This document shows, piece by piece, positions 58,976 to 64,000 of a DNA stretch of 64,000 nucleotides. The position numbers were made by a program, and so were the translations under genes. The DNA is from Candidatus Kapaibacterium sp. GTDB lineage: Bacteria > Bacteroidota > Ignavibacteria > Palsa-1295. The notes under the pieces are model-generated. The model searched no databases, was not told the DNA's origin, and saw nothing but the letters and a program-made list of their open reading frames with translations. The DNA lies in assembly GCA_046590205.1 (NCBI GenBank), contig JBKJTT010000037.1:5888-69887 (forward strand), read 5' to 3'. Position 1 is the first letter of the stretch, and each line of letters begins with the position of its first letter.

Positions 58976-59002
58976 GGGCGGACTTTTAGTCCGCCCTTTT
59001 TT
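58976..59002 (+). terminator. Intrinsic terminator
   Basis: agggcggact ttt agtccgccct ttttt. Confidence 0.85.
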
Positions 59003-59613
59003 CCTTATAACATACGGGTTTCAGCGGAAGTGAGAACCTAAAGTGAGAACCTATCCCATACTTTTCTGTATCCTGAACTAACCCTAATACTTCAATTTTT
59101 CCGTCAAATTTGACATTGGAATTGACTTGTATTTTGGGTGATTCTTCCGTACCTTTGAACAGCGAAGCGATTAATGATGGATACCCTTCTTTCATTTTGA
59201 CACTTCGGTATTCAGATATGGCACTAAATCGGTAGTTCTACCAATGGAGTAGATAGGAGATCGTAGGAAGAGATGGTACATCGTAGCCCATTTCACTGTC
59301 ACCCTACAACACTGTCCGTATCTTTGAGGAGCAAAGCGACAAATGGAGGAATACACCCTTTTGTTCGTCTCTTTGCAAGTTCTTACATAGAATATCAATA
59401 ACTTAGTCTATTAGTGCGCATTAGTACCAATTCGCTCTAATAGATCGAAAGTTCTTGGATTTTGAAGAATTTCTTCGTATATTGAGGAGCAAAGCGACGA
59501 AATAAGAAAAGGGGGGAGTCCCTATTCTTGATTCAGAGCTTTTGCAACAGGTAAAAAGGACATATAGCCGTAGTAGCATTTCACAGGATGATGAATGGAT
59601 AATTCTGAATCCT

Positions 59614-60870
59614 ATGTCTAAATACGTGAAAGCTACAAATCCCTTTGAGATCGAAGGGCGGGCATGTTGGTATGTAAAAATTACCAATACGGACCCTGAT
59701 ACCGGACGCAAAAGACACCTAAAAAAGACCACAGGCGTTCGTGTTGACGAAAAAGACTCTTATAAAAAGGCACTCGAAGCAGGGCTAAAGGTGCTTGCTA
59801 AGTACCAGACTAACTTTGATCCTTCCTCTCCTAACAGACTTCGTGACTTTGCCGAAAACTATATAGCCGAACGTGAAGCCGAAGGACTCTCTGCACGGAC
59901 CATTGAAGATATTAAGAATACATTCAATGCTTTCATTTTCTCACAAGGGGCAACTGTGTTCATCTCACAGATTAGCGGAAGAGATGCACGGACATTTCTT
60001 TTCAAAGAACAAAAGTCCGGGTTCTCCGCAAACAGGCATTTTAAGTATCTTCGTACTGCATTTAATAGGGCTGTACGAGATGGACAAATACCCTCAAATC
60101 CGTTCGATCAAATTGATACGAAGGCACTTCGTAAACGAATGAAACCGCGTCCGCGTGGACTTCTTACTTCCGAAGAGGTAATACAAATATTTTCATTAAT
60201 GCCAAAAGCATCATTTGCAGAACGAACGTATGCAAACTTCTTTCTCTTCCTTTATGGGACTGCATTCCGAAGAGGTGAAGCATGTTTTCTCGAAACAAAA
60301 GACTACAGCTTTAACGAAAGGGTTATCCGTGCCGTAGATAAGGAAGAACACTCGCTAAAAACAGAAGCATCACAAGGTGAGATACCAATGATTTCGTACT
60401 CTGAATTGGCATTAAAAGAACAGCTTAAAAACAAAAACCAACACAAAGACGAACGTATCAGAGAGTCCCGGTATGTGTTCTGCAAACGGGAAGGTGAACA
60501 TTATGACCCCGAAACATTAACGTGTGCCATACTAACTCGTGTTCGTGCCGTATGCAAGCTATTAGGTATTAATTCTAATGGGGTTGACTTACATTCACTC
60601 CGGCACTCCCTTATTCAACATCTTATTGATAGTGGAGTTGAGCCAATTACTGTATCTAAACTTGCAAGGCATGAAAATCTTAGTACCACTCTGAATTTCT
60701 ATCATAAAACAAAAGATACCCATGCTAAATTTGAAGCAGTTCTTCGAGTTACGGACCAATTTCCATTACCTGTATCTGTAGTTAAGCCGGAAGGCGTTTC
60801 AATGTTTATTGATGCTACACTCCGAGAAACGAAAGTAGTCATACCTGAATATGAAGGGAGCGTAGTATGA
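59614..60870 (+). CDS. Tyrosine recombinase/integrase
   Basis: SAM-like domain (GLSARTIED, LRTAFNRAV...NPF); catalytic R (TAFRRGE), K (LKT), HSLRH, H (ARHENL), Y (NFY). Confidence 0.92.
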   Translation: MSKYVKATNPFEIEGRACWYVKITNTDPDTGRKRHLKKTTGVRVDEKDSYKKALEAGLKVLAKYQTNFDPSSPNRLRDFAENYIAEREAEGLSARTIEDIKNTFNAFIFSQGATVFISQISGRDARTFLFKEQKSGFSANRHFKYLRTAFNRAVRDGQIPSNPFDQIDTKALRKRMKPRPRGLLTSEEVIQIFSLMPKASFAERTYANFFLFLYGTAFRRGEACFLETKDYSFNERVIRAVDKEEHSLKTEASQGEIPMISYSELALKEQLKNKNQHKDERIRESRYVFCKREGEHYDPETLTCAILTRVRAVCKLLGINSNGVDLHSLRHSLIQHLIDSGVEPITVSKLARHENLSTTLNFYHKTKDTHAKFEAVLRVTDQFPLPVSVVKPEGVSMFIDATLRETKVVIPEYEGSVV

Positions 60871-61148
60871 CAAACGAACTTAACACCATACATCAGTACC
60901 TGCATTACTTGATACTACTACGAGAACCGCGCTCGGTTGAAGGGCTACAAGATATTCTGCAATCGGAAGTGCCTTTTGATTGCTATTCAGAGATAATGCC
61001 TGTTTACTCGTATGAAGATATGCTGTGTGTCAGGGTCCGTATCTATAGCACATTAAGAGGAAAGCCCTTCGAGCTGCCATTAGCACGGGATGAAGCGTAT
61101 GCCCTCAAACAATCAACACTCTTAACATCCGAGATGGAAATACATTAG
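60867..61148 (+). CDS. Hypothetical protein coupled to the integrase
   Basis: ATGA overlap with the integrase stop. Confidence 0.55.
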   Translation: MTNELNTIHQYLHYLILLREPRSVEGLQDILQSEVPFDCYSEIMPVYSYEDMLCVRVRIYSTLRGKPFELPLARDEAYALKQSTLLTSEMEIH

Positions 61149-61155
61149 TACCACT

Positions 61156-62184
61156 ATGCGATATACATCTGTAGGTTTTGATACGATAGAAGCGGTAAAA
61201 GTGCTTCAAAAGAACTCGATTCGTCACTTCCTTTCACACTGTGAAAGGATATATACTAACGATGATGGTTTCCTATACAGAGATAAGGCAACACATACTC
61301 TATACTCTAAAGTGGAAGGGAATGCAGTAACCATACAGACTTCAATTCCACATTTTCTAAAAGGACATAACATCGAGCTATCCGGCTATAAGGATGTTAC
61401 ACGGTTCTTAGAACTCTTTGAAAATCGTTTTGACCAGTCATTTGAGACTGCACAGGTCACTCGATTAGATGTTACTACCACTATTGAAACAGAAAATCCA
61501 TTTGTTGATTACTTGAACGTCTTTACAAACCCTCGTTACTTTGGATTGCCGTATATATTTGACACCAGTTTTTACATCAATAGCAAGAATGTAATCATTC
61601 ATTGTTACGATAAGTCAATTCAAAGTAGCAAAAACCTGAAATATGTTCGGAAGCAGTGTTCTGACACCCTCCATCCAAATCTAAGCAGATTAGAGGTACG
61701 TTTAGTAAGGAAAGTATGTCAGACGTTGCGGAAGAAAGGGGAATGGAGCTTCCAACAGATACAGCTTGGCGATCTTGCAAAGAAAGAACATTTCTTCGCT
61801 GTTATCCGATATGCCGAACGTGTAATGAACAGCATAATCATTACTCCAAAAAACTCTATAATCAGAAGCAAGAAAGGGTTTGCAGAGTGGTATCTATTGA
61901 AGCAATTAGTTACGGACCCTGCTACTGCTTGTGAGGTAGAAGAGATGTTCCGTAAAGGCGGTATGACAAAAGCTGTTTACGATTCACTGCAAAATGATAT
62001 ACAGAATGGTGCAAACGAGCGGAAAAGGATAGAGATACAATCGCTGTTAAAAATAGCATTTGATAAAATCTATGCAGCCAAAGAGAAACGACCCTCTATC
62101 AAACGAGATGAACCAACTCCGAAAGGTATCTTGATTAAGATACCCCCTAAATTATACATTCCACAACCTACACCAGTCCACTGA
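61156..62184 (+). CDS. Phage/plasmid replication initiation protein (gene II/X, Rep_trans-like)
   Basis: GFDTI, SIPHFLKGHNI, VTRLDV, CYDKS, RLEVRL. Confidence 0.75.
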   Translation: MRYTSVGFDTIEAVKVLQKNSIRHFLSHCERIYTNDDGFLYRDKATHTLYSKVEGNAVTIQTSIPHFLKGHNIELSGYKDVTRFLELFENRFDQSFETAQVTRLDVTTTIETENPFVDYLNVFTNPRYFGLPYIFDTSFYINSKNVIIHCYDKSIQSSKNLKYVRKQCSDTLHPNLSRLEVRLVRKVCQTLRKKGEWSFQQIQLGDLAKKEHFFAVIRYAERVMNSIIITPKNSIIRSKKGFAEWYLLKQLVTDPATACEVEEMFRKGGMTKAVYDSLQNDIQNGANERKRIEIQSLLKIAFDKIYAAKEKRPSIKRDEPTPKGILIKIPPKLYIPQPTPVH

Positions 62185-63789
62185 CTAAAACATCCCTTCC
62201 TGTCCTGTCTGTTTTTTACTCTTACTTGCTTTCTTGAAGGTTGCGGCTCCGAGTGAGTAGTCTTTGTATTCGGGACGTTCGGTTTTGTTTAGCAGCCCTT
62301 CAATCGTTAGTATCTGTACTTTGGGTACAGGTGTATTGCCGGGGGATTCGTAAAAACCCTCTTTGATCGCTTCCTTTCGCATAGGGTCCGTAGGGGCTGC
62401 TAAGGTAACGAATAACCCCATCTCTGCTTTTTCCCGTTCTACAACGTGTGCTAAGTCACGGACCATTGACACAGAGACGTTCTCTCCACCTTTAACCGAT
62501 ACAACGATCTTCTTTGCATCCCCGGTATCATCATGGAAGAATATGAGTCCATCAATTCCACCATCTGATCCTTTCTTCTTTCCCTGATAGGGTTGCGCTC
62601 CTACAAGCGAACATGCCCACCATTGGAACTGGTATTTGTCCCGCTCTGCAAGATTACGCGCTCCATCCAAATCTTTCGGCGTACCCTCTACATCAAACTC
62701 GATAGTAGGGAAAGCATCCCGCAACCGTTTTTCTATGAGTGAGATTGCAAGATGGGTAATGTCTATTCCTATCCATTTACGGTTTAGCTTTTCGGCTCCA
62801 TGAACAGCCGTACCACAACCACAGAACGGATCAAGAACTACATCCCCTTCATTTGATGATGCTTGTATGATACGCTCTAATAATATAAGCGGCTTTTGGG
62901 TCGGATAACCAATTGATTCATTACCACTAACAAGTTCTATGTCATTCCAAACATCATCAACAGGAATCCCTTCCTGTTCATCTAAGAAACGCTTGTAACG
63001 TGGAATTCCTTTTCCACCTCTTGGTACTATGATGTTACCTTTCCTATCCTCTTCCATCATACGATCTCTTGTCCATCTCCATACTTTAGTCACACCCTTA
63101 AACTCGTAGGTAAGATTAGGACGGTCCGGGTTTGGATTTAGTAAAGAAGTCAGTTGATAATACCTTCCATTTTCATCTTTCAAAGAGTATTGTTTCTTGA
63201 CTCTTTCAGGATCGTATGCCTTATATGAAGGATTCCATTTTGTTTTTGAAGTGTCTTTTGCATATCCTAAAATTACATCATGGTTATTTGCAAAACGAGT
63301 AAACGCCTGCCCTTTTGGGTGCGAACGTCTCCATATAATCTCATTTCGATAGTTCTCTTTTCCAAATACACCATCTAATACTATTTTGAGATAGTGAGAT
63401 GCAGTTGGATCACAATGGAGATATAGACTCCCTGTATCTTTCAGAACGCGGTGTAATTCTATGAGACGGTTTGCCATCATTACGAGGTATGCCATCATGT
63501 CATTCTCTCCTAAGAAAGAACGAAGGGCACGGACCATCTCTGCAACTTCGGTATTTGACTGTGAAAGTATCTCTCTATACTCCCGTTCAGCTTGTTCACC
63601 CCAATGCCATGAATCCTCAAATGCCGTTATCTGTGCATCAGACGTATGCCCCTTCGGGGTTTTGAAGAGGACGTTATAGTCCCGTTTCGAGTTGAACGGC
63701 GGATCAAGATAGATAAGGTCAACTGACTGGTCCGGGATATGCTCCCGTAAGATATGCAGGTTATCCCCGAAAAAGAGTTGGTTTGTCAT
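62185..63789 (-). CDS. N6/N4 DNA methyltransferase (beta class) fused to a C-terminal restriction-endonuclease-like domain
   Basis: LIYLDPPFNS, YPTQKP, DPFCGCGT; C-terminal DGGIDG...VVSVKGG, VRDL. Confidence 0.9.
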   Translation of the reverse strand: MTNQLFFGDNLHILREHIPDQSVDLIYLDPPFNSKRDYNVLFKTPKGHTSDAQITAFEDSWHWGEQAEREYREILSQSNTEVAEMVRALRSFLGENDMMAYLVMMANRLIELHRVLKDTGSLYLHCDPTASHYLKIVLDGVFGKENYRNEIIWRRSHPKGQAFTRFANNHDVILGYAKDTSKTKWNPSYKAYDPERVKKQYSLKDENGRYYQLTSLLNPNPDRPNLTYEFKGVTKVWRWTRDRMMEEDRKGNIIVPRGGKGIPRYKRFLDEQEGIPVDDVWNDIELVSGNESIGYPTQKPLILLERIIQASSNEGDVVLDPFCGCGTAVHGAEKLNRKWIGIDITHLAISLIEKRLRDAFPTIEFDVEGTPKDLDGARNLAERDKYQFQWWACSLVGAQPYQGKKKGSDGGIDGLIFFHDDTGDAKKIVVSVKGGENVSVSMVRDLAHVVEREKAEMGLFVTLAAPTDPMRKEAIKEGFYESPGNTPVPKVQILTIEGLLNKTERPEYKDYSLGAATFKKASKSKKQTGQEGMF

Positions 63790-64000
63790 TACGCAAAAAT
63801 ACAACAATACTTGACACATTTATCCCTTTTTATAGTGTCGGATTTGTCGGGTTTTGGAGGGGGAGATATTTTCCGCCGGAAAATATTACACTAATGGCAG
63901 TCCTTTTCTTATGTCATATTTGCTCCAATCCATGTGGTTGCTTAACGTCTGTTGGATTCCGATAGTGTTGAGGATAGGATAGATACGGTCCGCTTTCCTT

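Larger units (their letters stand above)
59004..64000. mobile_element. Left part of an integrative element (integrase + Rep + methyltransferase/endonuclease); probably continues beyond the window
   Basis: Gene content, lower GC, and direct repeats upstream of the integrase; boundary inferred. Confidence 0.75.

Overview
Bacterial chromosomal window, mostly ~45% GC. It is most likely from a Bacteroidota/Chlorobiota-related lineage such as Kapabacteria or Ignavibacteria, inferred from T9SS C-terminal sorting domains, recurrent TAnnTTTG promoter boxes and weak Shine-Dalgarno use. Housekeeping content: lat, korA without korB, bfr/fur/FTR1, lon-hsp20-dnaK, lolC/E-mutT-mutY-ogg, rho, thiolase/hbd, rimO, lexA and tRNA-Gly(CCC). 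Accessory content: a SLOG-SLATT fusion beside the tRNA, an AT-rich secreted-protein cassette, toxin-antitoxin genes, a ~10 kb copper locus (46.0-56.4 kb), and the left end of an integrative element (integrase, rolling-circle-type Rep, methyltransferase-endonuclease). The strongest novelty candidate is the copper locus. It has two adjacent two-domain multicopper-oxidase genes with reciprocally lost copper ligands (a predicted obligate heteromeric MCO, one subunit carrying a T9SS tag), a secreted metallothionein-like peptide, and a Cys-rich GPP leader ORF tied to the next start codon by an RNA stem. Other candidates are a promoter- and terminator-flanked small RNA, an ATC start codon in lolC/E, a frameshifted macrodomain remnant, and a palindromic repeat embedded in a signal peptide. 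All protein calls come from motif recognition by eye; no database searches were run.
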